Assembly (NCBI GenBank): GCA_034226945.1
Contig: CP120463.1
Location: 620,001 to 684,000, forward strand
Source: Picochlorum sp. SENEW3
Taxonomy: Eukaryota
Reading direction: 5' to 3'
DNA length: 64,000 nt
The first letter of the stretch is position 1, and each line of letters starts with the position of its first letter. This document shows, in pieces, positions 23,065 through 35,425 of this stretch. Below the pieces are notes generated by a model. It was not told where the DNA came from. It saw only the letters and a program-made list of their open reading frames with translations, and did no database searches. A program made the translations under genes and the position numbers.

Positions 23065-24667
23065 TCACTTGTGAGCCACAAAGAGCCCCCATGTATGCTG
23101 GCGTGTCTGTACAAATTTCAATTTTCTCTGCCAACTTGCTTTCAAGTGTTCCACTTTCTCAGACCCCAGAGACTCATCAAAGTTGCCCCTGGATTCATCC
23201 ACTCTGGCAATCTCCTTTTCCATACACGTTACTAATTGATCAGATCGATCTTCAATAGATTCGACATGAAAACCTGCGTTCGTGAGAAGGCCGCGGTACT
23301 CCTCGAACGAACAGAGTGCATACCCTCTCTTTGCGATGTACTCTTTGAACTCCTCATCGCCCTCAGAGTCCGATCGGCAATAGTCGGTGAACACCAATTT
23401 ACCACCTTGCTTGAGAACATTATAAATCTTTCTCAGGACGGATGATTTGTCTTGGATGTAGAAAAAAGCATCCCTGCTGAAGACGGCATCATAACTGTTG
23501 CCAGGTAAATCCCGCTTTGCAGCATCACTGACTTCAAAAGACACTTTTCGGCCATTCCCAGTAGCAGCTGCAGTTTCTAAGGCCAATATAATCATGTTGA
23601 CAGACAAATCAATGCCGTACACGTAGCATCCATACGTCTCCGCAATGTAAAATGCAGCTGCGCCAGCCCCACACCCAAGGTCCAACACAGAATCATCAGT
23701 CTTGACATTCAACAGTTTTGAAAACTCCTTTGTGGTCTCCAACCCTCCAGGAGACACAAATCCATTCCCAAAGATCATCTGATACGTACTAATTCCATTC
23801 GTATGGTACTGCTTCTGATCTAAAAAGTGCCTCAGGTCATTTGATGATGGCTCTGGAGCACTAACCTTTCTCCATTTCCAACACACTTGATTCTGGTTCT
23901 GCTTCACCTTGACATACGTGTCCACAGATTTGCAAACAACAAGTTCGAAATGATCATATCCACCTGTTGGCTTTAGAATCTTGACATTATCAAAAATATG
24001 AAAATACTGGCGTGGATTTCTGTAGTGAGTAGGATTGTTTGACCGACTCCTGTCACCAGATTGTCGAAAACACGACTCTCGGAAGAACACGATACCCCCA
24101 TCATCCAGCCATCGCAACATGTTCATCGCCAACTTTTCAATCTCTGCATCGGAAAGGTACATGAGCAACCAATTCGAAAACACCACATCTGCACACCCAC
24201 TCTCCAAATCCAGCTGTGTGGCATCACCGCAGCGAAAATCGATATTCCCAAGATGCCCATTGCTCTCTTTGTTCTGATCAATCAGATTCTGCATGAAATC
24301 CAGGGCAATCACGGATGTCGCATCCTTGGCCACGTCCGCTGTAAACCGCCCGATCCCTGCTCCGAGTTCCACAACACGTTTCCCCTTTGTTGACCCCAAT
24401 AAGTTCAAAACCTATACCACATCAAGTCATCATGAGAAGACCGCATGCAATCCAAGACCAGGCATGGCAGCCATCACACAATCAACTTGAACTCTGAGTG
24501 TCTGTTCAACCCACACAATCACACACCTCTGGCCTCTCCATTCGATCAATGTCCTTTGCTTTGCTATCAAGCATCATCGACTCGACAGTTGCCTGCGCTG
24601 CATGCTCCTTCCAGTACGCCTTCTGCGCTTCTCGCTCTTCAGCTTTCTTGGCGTCTGAAACAACCAT
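23065..24667 (-). CDS. PEAMT: Phosphoethanolamine N-methyltransferase (two SAM domains; intron ~24412-24526)
   Basis: YWKEH...[56 protein letters not shown]. Confidence 0.95.
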
Positions 24668-24840
24668 TATCAACCAAAGTCACTCTTCAACACCTATACT
24701 ACTCTTCTATATGCTACAAATGTATTTTTCTATACGTTGATATGAAGTGAGATGGCTAGATCAGTAGAAACAAGTCCCATCTTCTTGTCCAGCCTGCAAG
24801 CAGTTCATGGCATGATCACGTCATACAAAACATCACATGC

Positions 24841-25807
24841 TCAACAGGAACACAAAGAACATACAGGTCTCCATGGATCGGTGTCATGCCGTCTCATACC
24901 CAATGCACCATGGCATCCTGGAGGAATAGGTCCAGACCAGGAATCAGGTGGGTACAATGCTGGCAGTCGTCTCCAGGCACACATCACTCTATGCGCAACC
25001 TCTCCAACTGATGGGCCATCGTATACATATGGTGGTGACTTTTTCACTGCGACATATGAATCCAGAAGGGCCTTGACCTTGCTCCTCACCTCTCCTGGGG
25101 ACCACTGATATCCTTTCTGCACAACCAAATCATATGGTGTATAGGCCTTTTTATCCCCATCTTGGTTGGTTGTGATGTTAGGATCAGCTCCATGCTGCAG
25201 TAAATATTCAAAAATATCGAAAAATGGTGCGTGTTTGTAGTGAATCATTCGGGCACATCGATGGAGGGGACTCCACCCACCATTCAATGACTTTTGATTT
25301 ATTGGAACACGTTCCTCTTCCACGAGATATTTGACCATATCAAGCCTCCCGTGGTCTACAGCGAAATGAAGCAATGCTCCCGCCCCTCTGTCCAATGAAG
25401 GAAACCACCACTCCTTGCTTTCTTCTTGGATGCTTTTGAATTCCTCAAGAGTTCCGTTTCGTATTGCTTCGACATACTGCATATGGACATCAGCATCACA
25501 TAATGATGTGTCATCATCATGGTACATTATCATAAAGATACATACCTCGAAAAATGTGTACGCTGGACTAGGGGGCTCTCCATACTCTATCCCTGGCCAG
25601 GTGTACCCACAGATGGCCTGCATACCATACTCCTCCTCATGACGAACTCGTGGGCAAATGAGAAAACAATCCACACACAATATGAAGATGATTCACCTGT
25701 CGACGTCCTTGCTCGTCCACATATACGCTCGATTCGATACTCGAGTCCTGTTCCGTCCCAACCAAGACTGACGTGTTTGTTGCCTTCCCTGTCTCTTGTA
25801 GTGCCAT
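24841..25807 (-). CDS. Ankyrin-repeat protein (spliced)
   Basis: ALLHFAVDHGRLDMVKYLV, GWSPLHRC, LLQHGADPN; plausible GT-AG introns join MALQETG... to AICGYTWP and YVEAIRNG. Confidence 0.7.
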
Positions 25808-26092
25808 GTGGGTGCTGGTTCCTGCGATCCAATGATTTATTGCTAGATGTATCTACCGTCTATATATATATATATAGCTTGATGGGTATATGAGCTATGA
25901 GACGAGCCAATCATGTCTCTCAGTCAAACACAGGGTTGACTGACACAGGGACATGATTATGTCCATTCATGGAGCAGGCTGTAGCCTGCTCTGCTAAAAA
26001 GAGGCAATAAAAAAATCAGAGGTCGCGGCGTGTATGTTTCAAAATCACAAAATCCGTCCTGATTTGTGTGTATTAGAAATATATAAGTACAA

Positions 26093-26825
26093 ATGGGATC
26101 CACAGGAGTGACTATTGAAGAAGATGCGGCGATACGACTGACATTACACGCTCTGAAGTATCCTCGGGCGAGTTGTAATGGCATTTTACTCGGTCGTATC
26201 GACGATGGGGACGTTATTGTGTCTGAAATCGTACCAGTGTGTCATACATTTGCAACTCTGCCTGGGCAGATGGAAATAGCTCTCTGTATGGTTGATAAAG
26301 CGTGTCAGAAGTCAGCTGAGCAGACTGGTATTGTGGGGTATTACCAGTGCAACGAGCGTCTCGGGGATCTTAATCTAGGGCTGGTGGGGCAGAAGATAGC
26401 AGACACTATTTCTCGGCTGATTTCTGGTGGGAAAGCGGAGGGGGTTGTGCTCATGGTACGTTGTTGGGATGTATTGCTGACCATGCGTACATGTCTTGTT
26501 GGTTTTTCATGGTGACAATCCTGTGCAGTTGGATGGGAAGGCTCTTTCATCTCTTATGGGTATTCACAATACTAACAATAAGAACAACAACAATAGTAGC
26601 AGTAGCAGTAGCAGTAGCAGTAGTCCATTTGTGTCGTTGAAAAAGTCTCAGGGGTGGGTGCAAATGGAGAGAGATTGTATTCGATTGCCATGTGGAAAGG
26701 ATACGTTGGCATCGAAATTGAAGCAGTTGATACAAGAGAGGGCTCATGAGGCAATTGTTGACTTTGAAGATCATATGGAGGATATCACACAAGATTGGCT
26801 TCCTAAAAGGCTCTTGTCGCAGTAG
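26093..26825 (+). CDS. EMC8: ER membrane protein complex subunit 8/9 (MPN-like; intron ~26456-26528)
   Basis: LHALKYP...NGILLG, PVCH, EIAL, IVGYYQCNE, IVDFEDHMEDITQDWL. Confidence 0.88.
26594..26623 (+). repeat. (AGTAGC)n microsatellite encoding poly-Ser in EMC8/9
   Basis: agtagcagtagcagtagcagtagcagtagt seen directly. Confidence 0.85.
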
Positions 26826-26861
26826 TCATGGTGCCTCGTATACACAGATGATATCAGTCTA

Positions 26862-29800
26862 TTACATACTTGCAAGAGGATTTGCATCAACGGGGACAGC
26901 ATCATCATCGGTTTGCTCTTTTTTGCCTCCATCGTCTTCGTCCTTTTCTTTATTTTGACCATATCCTAAAGAGCTGCCGGAGAGTTGAGCCAGCATTTGA
27001 AGCTCTGATAAATGATTCTTTCTAAAGCTTCGAATGGTTTCTGCCACGTCGCCTTCTGGTATATTGAGTTCTGAAAGAACAGCAGCACCAAGCTGGAGAC
27101 TTGGTTCCAGAACTTCTGGGACGACTGCTGTGGCTCCAGCCTTCTCAAGCATGATTCCCGCCTCAATATCGTGAGCTCTACAGAATGTTTTCACGTGTGG
27201 GAAATGCTTGTGCATGGCCCATACAGATCTGTAATTTGAACCTGGGGTATCTAATGTAATCACAGCACATGCGGCACTGTCGGCACCAATACTGTGCAGG
27301 ACTGCAGGAGATCCAGCATCACCAAAGTAGACTGGCAAGTCATTCGCCTTTCCTTCCTGAACCCGAGCTGCTGATGTGTCCAGAGCAACGAATGGAATTA
27401 ATTCCTCACTCAACATCTGTGCAATGAGCTGTCCTACTCTACCAAATCCTGAAATGATTACATGGCCTTGCATGCCACTCAGTTCTCCTTCCTTGGGAGC
27501 CAATGCTTTCATATCATTCTTTTCCATAAGTTTTCCAATTTTCCCTCCAAACTCTGCAAGGAACGGAGTCAATGCCATAGAAAGAGCTACCACAAGGTAC
27601 ATTTCTTTTGCCAATGCAGCTCCAAAGATTCCCTTGGACACTGCTTCTCCATACAAAACAAATGCAAACTCTCCCCCTGGTGATAACAAAAGACCAGATC
27701 GGAAAGCTTGGACCATGGAAAGGCCGAATGCTTGGCCAACCGCAGTCATAATAGCAACCTTACCCACGATTAACATGGTGATGGCAGCAAGGACACTTTT
27801 GAATTTAGCAACTAGCAAGCCTGTGCTGATTTCCATTCCTACTGTCATGAAGAAGAGACCCATTAACAGACCCTTGTATGGAGCAATATCACTCTCTACT
27901 TGGATATGGAATTCTGTTTCAGCAAGGAGTAAGCCAGCCAAAAATGCACCCAAAGCGAGAGACAATCCTGCTACCTGGGTGATGAGTGAGGTTCCCAAAA
28001 CAATGAGCAGAGTAAGTGCTGCAAAAATCTCTGCATTGTTTGTATCAGCGACTCGTCTATACAATGGTTTGAGCAGAGTTCTGCCTGCGATAATGATGCT
28101 TGCCATGCATACGATAGCTTTTATGGACGCAAATCCAATTGCCTTGGCAATTCGAATCAGCCCCTCTGCACCAGCGGCTCCATCTGTGCCTGGTGCAAGC
28201 AGAGGAATCAGCATCAAAAGTACGACGACAGCCAGGTCCTGTAAGAGTAAAACACTGAACGCAGCTCTACCGTGTCGCGAACCTGTTTCGCCTCTGTCTT
28301 GTAACACTTGCATACCAATGGCTGTTGTAGACAATGCAAATCCACCACCCAAAATGACTGCAGCTGGGCCCCCAAGAGATGGTCCCAGCAACAGGGATGC
28401 AATGGACGCAACAGCTGCAAGGGTGATGCCAACTTGGGCGGTTCCCATGCCAAACACAAATTTCTGCATTGATCTCAGACGATCGAACGACAGCTCAAGA
28501 CCAATGTTAAAGAGCAAGAAGACAACACCCAATTCTGCCAGATGGCGGATGGATTCTACATCTTGGATGATTCCCAAAGCATACGGACCAATTAATGCCC
28601 CTCCAGCTAAAAACCCAAGTACTGGTGACCCTCCTGGCAATTTACACACCAATGGCACGGTTATCACCGAAGCAAGCAACAGCCAAATGGTCTCCAGAAT
28701 GCCTGCTTCGCTCTCATGAACATGAGGCAGAGGAATCTTTTCCACAATGGCAGCTCCAATACTCCATATCTGAGACAACTTTTCAGCAACAGAACTAAGC
28801 GTTTGACTCACAGCCATTGCAACATGTTCTTGAGAGAGCAGTACAGCTGCAAACACACATGAGGCAGCAGCAGCAGCAATCACAAGTCTATGCTTCTGCC
28901 AGGATCTGTGCAACAGATACATCAGCGCTTGTTTCTTGCCTGGAGACATCGACTCCTCGATACCATCTATAGACGCCAAAGCATCCGCCTTTTTGGTTTG
29001 GGCAACCTGTTTTGTCTGCTTTGTATCCGTGCTACTGGATGCTTGAGTTTCAGTATCTTTCTGCTGCTTTGTCTGCTCCTCAGCAGATGCTGTAGATTTA
29101 CTCTTTTTATCAAATTCTTCTTCTCTCCTCTCACTAGAATCGTCAAAATATTTGAGATCTTCCATAGCCTTCAACATGGCACTCTCAGTTTCATTAGCAA
29201 CAGTAATATAGTCCATCTCGTCCCTGACAGCCTCCTCGGCAGCCTCCATTGCTGCCGCGGCAATACTATCCGCCTTCTCATACGCTTCTTGAGCGTTTTG
29301 TAAACTAATTTCAACCTCTTGAATCTTCTTCTCAATCTCAAGTCGATGCTCTTCAGCATGTGACAGTTCCTCCGTCTTCTCCCACAGCAAATCTTCCAGA
29401 GACTTGGTCGATGAATCCTCTTCAGTCAATTCATCCAAGACATCTGATCTAGACCCATCTTCTTGAGTTTCAATCATCGGATCCTCTTCCTTCTGAACCG
29501 CATTGTCATTGTCCTCCTTGAGCTGCTCTTTCACAGTTGCCACAACATGCCTCAGTGCAACATTCTTCTCTTCTTGGAGCGCCAACTCCTCCTGAAGCTC
29601 CTCCAATCGCTTTTGAATATCTTTCAAATGCGACTCGGCATTCACTGCGAGCTGAGCAACCTCTTGAGCCTCAGCCTCCAATGCCTCTCTAATCCCTGTA
29701 GCTTCCTCTCTCCTCTGATGAGCTCGTTGAACAGCCTCCTTCAGTGGCCTCAGTTCTGGATTCTCAGACATGTCTTCTTCATCCAGCTGCTCAATCATCG

Positions 29801-30074
29801 TAATGCTGTCAGCTACAGGAAAAGCAGAAGGACCATTGTCAACAGACTCCATAGGACCTCTTTCTCTTTGAGCATCGTTCCCATCTCCATTACCTTCCCT
29901 GTAGTCTGGAGTTGGCATGCATTTTCGCACGATATTAAATCTATAGTGCATTGGATGAAAGACAAAGTGCCTTGAGGGCCTTCCGAGGCGAGACCCACCC
30001 TTTGGCCTCGTGGCAAAGGGCCGCATGACAAGGGTCTGTCTCAAAGGCCTCACGTTTCCGCACACAAGCGCCAT
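26862..30074 (-). CDS. KEA1: Plastid envelope K+/H+ antiporter, KEA1/2 type
   Basis: Transit peptide, long coiled coil, CPA2 domain (PGGSPVLGFL, LAELGVVFLLFNIGLELS, LLLQDLAVV, PGGEFAFV), KTN domain (GFGRVG, YFGDAG). Confidence 0.93.
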   Translation of the reverse strand: MALVCGNVRPLRQTLVMRPFATRPKGGSRLGRPSRHFVFHPMHYRFNIVRKCMPTPDYREGNGDGNDAQRERGPMESVDNGPSAFPVADSITMIEQLDEEDMSENPELRPLKEAVQRAHQRREEATGIREALEAEAQEVAQLAVNAESHLKDIQKRLEELQEELALQEEKNVALRHVVATVKEQLKEDNDNAVQKEEDPMIETQEDGSRSDVLDELTEEDSSTKSLEDLLWEKTEELSHAEEHRLEIEKKIQEVEISLQNAQEAYEKADSIAAAAMEAAEEAVRDEMDYITVANETESAMLKAMEDLKYFDDSSERREEEFDKKSKSTASAEEQTKQQKDTETQASSSTDTKQTKQVAQTKKADALASIDGIEESMSPGKKQALMYLLHRSWQKHRLVIAAAAASCVFAAVLLSQEHVAMAVSQTLSSVAEKLSQIWSIGAAIVEKIPLPHVHESEAGILETIWLLLASVITVPLVCKLPGGSPVLGFLAGGALIGPYALGIIQDVESIRHLAELGVVFLLFNIGLELSFDRLRSMQKFVFGMGTAQVGITLAAVASIASLLLGPSLGGPAAVILGGGFALSTTAIGMQVLQDRGETGSRHGRAAFSVLLLQDLAVVVLLMLIPLLAPGTDGAAGAEGLIRIAKAIGFASIKAIVCMASIIIAGRTLLKPLYRRVADTNNAEIFAALTLLIVLGTSLITQVAGLSLALGAFLAGLLLAETEFHIQVESDIAPYKGLLMGLFFMTVGMEISTGLLVAKFKSVLAAITMLIVGKVAIMTAVGQAFGLSMVQAFRSGLLLSPGGEFAFVLYGEAVSKGIFGAALAKEMYLVVALSMALTPFLAEFGGKIGKLMEKNDMKALAPKEGELSGMQGHVIISGFGRVGQLIAQMLSEELIPFVALDTSAARVQEGKANDLPVYFGDAGSPAVLHSIGADSAACAVITLDTPGSNYRSVWAMHKHFPHVKTFCRAHDIEAGIMLEKAGATAVVPEVLEPSLQLGAAVLSELNIPEGDVAETIRSFRKNHLSELQMLAQLSGSSLGYGQNKEKDEDDGGKKEQTDDDAVPVDANPLASM

Positions 30075-30442
30075 ATTCTGTATAAATTTATAAATTTATA
30101 ATAGAAAATGGCCTTATAAAAGAGTATTTCGGCTCTGCTAGGGCGCTGTAACGTCGGGGCAGAATTCTGTAGCGTGATGCAATTGAGTGAAGTACCAGCA
30201 ATACTCAATGGGCATCCCTACAAATAGTCCCTGATGTATCAGATCGACACGAGTATTGATTTTGGCTTCAAGTGAGTGCGGGGTTGTCCTTCATCCGCCG
30301 GTTGGCATGCCTTAAAAAAGAAAAGAAGACCTCCGCATGCGATCCAATCTGTTCATGCATAAAAGCCATACATTCTACGATGATTGCACGGATTTGTATT
30401 TAAAATACTACAAACAAAGTATTTAATGACACGGAGGGCACA

Positions 30443-31519
30443 ATGCTTGCTCAACAGAAGTCGATAATACACTCGACTGCCAGTGGACTGTCGAGACGCT
30501 GCTGTTCTCCTGCAGGTAAAGGAGCGGCAATGCGCCTGTGTATAAACCGACTATATATCAAAACATCTACATGTAGAAGCATCGGTTCTAGAATCTGTGT
30601 ACGGGCACAGAACCAAATGTCTTCTTCAGGAGGTGAGAGCAGCAAAGTGGTTGCGTATCAAGGTGTTCCGGGGGCATACAGTGAGATGGCGGCGAATCAA
30701 GCTTGTCCAGAGTATACGACGTTACCGTGTGAACAGTTTGAAGTGGCGTTTGAAGCATTGTCGCAGTGGATGGCTGACAGAGCCGTCTTGCCAGTGGAAA
30801 ACTCACTTGGAGGGAGTATTCACACCGTCTATGATTTATTGCAGCGTTACAAATTTCATATAGTCGGTGAAACGTTTGTTGCTGTTGATCATTGTTTGAT
30901 GGCGCTGCCAGGTGTTGAGAAGAAGGATGTGAAGAAAGTCATGTCTCATCCTCAAGCCCTTGCACAGACGGAAGGATACACAAGGGCTCTTGGGGTGATT
31001 CGTGAGGAAGTTGATGATACAGCTGGAGCAGCAAAAACGATTGCGGAGAACAATCTTACTGGATGTGCTGCTATAGCAAGTAGAAAGGCGGCAGAATTGT
31101 ATGGGTTGAATGTGCTGGATGAAAGTATCCAAGACATGATGGGTAACATTACAAGATTTGTGGTGCTGTCGCGGGACCCAAAAGTATCCATACTATCCGG
31201 AGATTCGAGCAATTATAAGACATCCATCCTGTTTACTTTAGAAGAAGGTCCTGGTGTCTTATTCAAAGCCCTATCTGTGTTTGCATTGAGAGATATTAGT
31301 TTGACCAAGATTGAATCCAGGCCATTGAGATCGAGCCCACTTGTGTCTGTAGATTTCGAAGATGGAATCAAGGGAAGCTCCGGCTTCAACTATTTGTTTT
31401 ATATAGACTTTATAGGGAGTTTACGGGATGAAAATTGCCAGAATGCTCTCAGGCATTTGGAAGAATTTGCCATATTTGTTAGAGTGTTGGGCTCGTATCC
31501 AAGGGATTTGGCCCATTAA
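30443..31519 (+). CDS. ADT: Arogenate/prephenate dehydratase, plastid
   Basis: VAYQGVPGAYSE, LPVENSLGGSI, SHPQALAQ, NITRF, LTKIESRP, VLGSYP. Confidence 0.95.
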   Translation: MLAQQKSIIHSTASGLSRRCCSPAGKGAAMRLCINRLYIKTSTCRSIGSRICVRAQNQMSSSGGESSKVVAYQGVPGAYSEMAANQACPEYTTLPCEQFEVAFEALSQWMADRAVLPVENSLGGSIHTVYDLLQRYKFHIVGETFVAVDHCLMALPGVEKKDVKKVMSHPQALAQTEGYTRALGVIREEVDDTAGAAKTIAENNLTGCAAIASRKAAELYGLNVLDESIQDMMGNITRFVVLSRDPKVSILSGDSSNYKTSILFTLEEGPGVLFKALSVFALRDISLTKIESRPLRSSPLVSVDFEDGIKGSSGFNYLFYIDFIGSLRDENCQNALRHLEEFAIFVRVLGSYPRDLAH

Positions 31520-31523
31520 TGAA

Positions 31524-31528
31524 TGTAA
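31524..31528 (+). terminator. TGTAA green-algal polyadenylation signal (similar copies at 37529 and 63732)
   Basis: TGTAA lies a short distance after the stop codons of ADT, DHAD and EGY; UGUAA is the established chlorophyte poly(A) signal. Confidence 0.55.
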
Positions 31529-31566
31529 GATTGCCTTAAAGAAAACATATGTATGTACATAGAAAA

Positions 31567-32469
31567 TCAGGCTCTGGACAGATATTCGTCACTTCGGGTA
31601 TCTACTTTGATCTTTTCTCCCTGTTGGATGAAGAGAGGGACTTGAATAACAGCACCAGTCTCCAATGTTGCAGGCTTACTGCCACCCTGAGCAGTATTTC
31701 CCTTCACTCCTGGATCAGTTTCAACAACCTCCAATTCGACTGTATTAGGCAAGTCCACCGAAATCACCTTTCCATTCCACGTCAGAACCTGGACATCCAT
31801 GCCCTCTTTCAAATACTTGGACCAAGACTCGTCCTCTGGAATTCTAGTCTCTTCATATGTGGTCATATCCATGAATACGTAATCATTTCCATCGGTATAC
31901 GTAAACTGACTGTCTTTATTCTCAACACTGGCTAATTCAACGGTTTCCCCTGCTCTCCAGGTCTTTTCCACGGAATTTCCAGTCAAAAAGTTCTTGAGCT
32001 TTGACCTGACAAATGCTGCCCCCTTCCCTGGCTTCACATGCAAGAATTCTGCGCGCAAAACAGGCGTACATATCATGTTGCTGTCTTAAACTATTACGAA
32101 AATCGAGGTATAGCAACATCGTACCCACAACTTTGTATGGCTGTCCGTCCATTTCAATAGACATGCCAGTCTTGAAGTCATTTGAGGACACTTGGGCTGC
32201 TGAGACACACAGGCCGAGCCGACGACCCCCTCGCTGCACCGATTACATCCACATGATATGTATTCACTCTCAGAATATTGGAAGCATCAAAATGCGAAGC
32301 GTACCTGAACATCCGAAACCCGCATGAACTGCGACGAATTGGCAGTCAAGAAAGCGCTTTGGCGCAGACTGCATTGCCTCCTGCAACCACACATATTACA
32401 CGTTATCTCATGCAGATGGGATATATGAGACACGTCATGGACCAAGGCGACGCACGTGAGATGTGCCAT
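31567..32469 (-). CDS. efp: Organellar (plastid) translation elongation factor P, 3 introns
   Basis: [53 protein letters not shown]. Confidence 0.95.
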
Positions 32470-32617
32470 ACTGGCGGACTAGAAGGTGAAGAAATGTGTC
32501 TTCTTTACAGGATGCTCAAATTTGATGAGCACAGTAATCTTGAAATTTTTATATGACTTCATATATTCATGCCGGATCGTCCCCATATCCTCTCGTCTCA
32601 GCCCGCATCGGCGCCAT

Positions 32618-35095
32618 TCAATGCTGCAGCCAGGGATGCCGAAGTGCCTCTTCGGCTGTGAATCTCTCTTCTGGATCAAGGCGCAAGAGTCCTCCGATGA
32701 AATCTGCCATGTTGGGATCGAATGAATCCAAAATGGAACTGAGACTTGACTTTTTTGGTTTCAAAACATCAACACTCTGCACAGATGGATGGAACACCAT
32801 GGTATTAAACACCATCATGATGCGAGGAAAGGAGACATTCAGTCATCATACCTTGTCTGTATTGTACTCGAATATGCGACCGTCGCCCAAAAAGTACCGC
32901 TTTGAATTCGACGCGACACCCAAGAGGGACTGTGGGAATTTTCCTAGAATGCTCTCCATGGATGCCAACATCTGGGCTCCTGAGGATTTATGGAACAGAA
33001 TATCACCAGTAACCAATTCTACCAGGACACACCCTATGCTCCAAATGTCAATCGCATAGCTGTATGGAGCTCCAAGTATAACTTCTGGGGCTCTGTATGA
33101 TCTGGATTGAACAACAGAAGCCCTGGCATCAGTGTCAAAAAATGAAGAGCCCACGTCGATGACTTTAATCCGGCATTTGGAATACGATTTGACCAAAATA
33201 TTCTCTGGCTTTAGGTCAGAATGAATGAGTGAAAGTGAATGCAGGAATGCCACAGCCTGAAGCAACTGCATCGCTATACTTTTCACTCGCTCCACTGAAA
33301 AATATGTTGTTTCGTTATTCTCTCTATCATACTTTAGAAATTCGTACAAATTCGCCCGTAATAGTTCCGTCACCAAAATCAGATGCTCTTTATAGTAAAA
33401 GAAATCGTACAGCCTGACAATGCCATGCTCATCCTGTGGATCCTGTTCGTTCACATGGCGCAGGACTTTGACTTCATCAAGGCTCTGATCAAAATAATCT
33501 TTATCGTTTTTGACAACTTTAAGGCATATATGCTGCCCAGTTTTCAGATCCAGTGCCTGAACAGCTCTGCTAAAGACAGCTTGGCCAAGTAATTCAACAA
33601 TCTGATACCTACCAGCTATGACATCATCGATATGCAATGGAAGTTCCCTATGGCACTCAAACCCTGTTCTGCCTCTACGATGCACCACGCGTAAGTATAT
33701 TTCTTCAAATTCATTGTGAAATTTTTCCTCATCAAAGGCGACTGAGGCACCAAATCCTCCCATCTGTGTCTCTTGCTGAAGGGTATCAGGGCACTCTTCA
33801 CCACCCAATCCAACATACTCGTCCTTCACATGAAAATCATTTTGTGATCCAGGACTACTCAATGAGACACCTGGATGAAACGTCTGCCAGCTTCCCACCC
33901 CAAACAATGTAGCAGCCACAGTCTCTTCCTGCTGCAACACAGCAGTCTCCACTGGAAATGAAAACACATCTCCTGATGTGGTCTCTCGTGTCTCATGCGA
34001 TGATAACACATCAAAAGGTGAAGCATTCTTTGCCACAGAAGGCCGCAAATGTATTGGATGAAGAGAATTTCTATTTGGCAGATTGCTCATCCAATCATCA
34101 GAACTGAGGTGCATGCTCTTCTCAAATGCTTCACTCAACACATGCTCTGAGGTTTTCTCAGCAGCTGATGTGACACCTCCTCGAATAGGACTGAGCGAAT
34201 CCAGCACATTCTGCGCCTCATCGTCACCATCTTCTTCTTCTTTGTCCCTCTCTTCATCGTCCTCGTCCTCAGCAGATAGTAACGGATGATCTGTATTTCC
34301 TGATACAGAACGATCCATCAAGTCCACCTGAGAAGAATTTCTATCCAAATATGTCACCAGTGATTTATACACATCAGATGGACCTTCAGGATTCCTTCCA
34401 TACACCCACTCTGCTGTCCCATTATACCGCTCCATGTGACTATATGAAGGGATGCGTCTCTCGTGTTTGTTCGCATTCCCTTCCATCGAACTCCGATGCG
34501 TGGCGGCATCTACATCATCAGACCCATTGCCCCGAGATGGTGACTGAGGTGTCACCGGTGGAGCCAAACGTAAAGGCGCTGTCGCAGGCCTTGCAACCCC
34601 CTGACGACCTTTCCCATAACTACTACCAATGAGAGCGGGAATCTCGATAGGCCCTTCATCATACCTAGGAGTCGTACACGTGGACTTTGTCGCAACAGAT
34701 GATTGACTGGGAGAACGGACGTAATACTCCTCCGATGCTGCAATCGACGCCCGAGGAGAGTACCTCGGGTATTTTCTGGCGGACAAAGGAACTCGAATAA
34801 ATCCCATCGTGGGGTCGCAACTCGTACCAACACCATCATCTCCCTCCTGCTGCTGCAGCTGCTGCTGCTGCTCCCAATACCCACTGCTCGGCGAGATTGG
34901 ACGAGACATGCTATACCCACTAGCTATTCTCGGAGATGTACCACCACTTGTCATGTATGTCTCCCTAGAAGCACAATAGACGCCCCCGGGTGCGATTTGT
35001 TGCGTACTATATTCGAGCAACTGAGCTGTCTCGAGATGACCATGCTTCCTCAACCAATCCAGCACATCGTGTTGGGTAATTGAATTTGTATTCAT
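32618..35095 (-). CDS. Plant/algal-specific DYRK kinase (DYRKP type; intron near 32790-32850)
   Basis: LisH-like N-terminus, RTGFE, IAGRY, KDYFDQSLDE, HSDLKPENIL, VQSRSYRAPEVILG, RFTAEEALRHPWL. Confidence 0.88.
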
Positions 35096-35425
35096 ATTGA
35101 ACCTATTCTGAGCAGAATCAAACGCACTACCTACGTGTGTGTCAGAAAAGTAAGAATCATTGACACCATGCGACAGAAAGGTCACTTGTATCAATTCATG
35201 CCACGCATGATCGATGTTCTGATCTCATCTTTATTTATATACTTAGTTTACTAAGAATTACTGCCTTGTTAGTTGGGGTATAATCCTGCACACCAGAGAC
35301 TCTAGATCTCTGAAACTAGAGATCTCTAATTTAAAGATCTGTCCGGACAGATCTTGGATCCATAGGAGACATGTTCAGTCTAGAACCGCATTGTCGCATA
35401 TACATTTTCATACATCAAATATAAA

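Noticed and set aside
27376..28719. 447-aa + strand ORF (and many similar shorter ORFs in the track)
   Set aside because: Antisense shadow of the KEA transmembrane region with no protein-like motifs; the same applies to ORFs opposite TrpD, eEF3 and EGY
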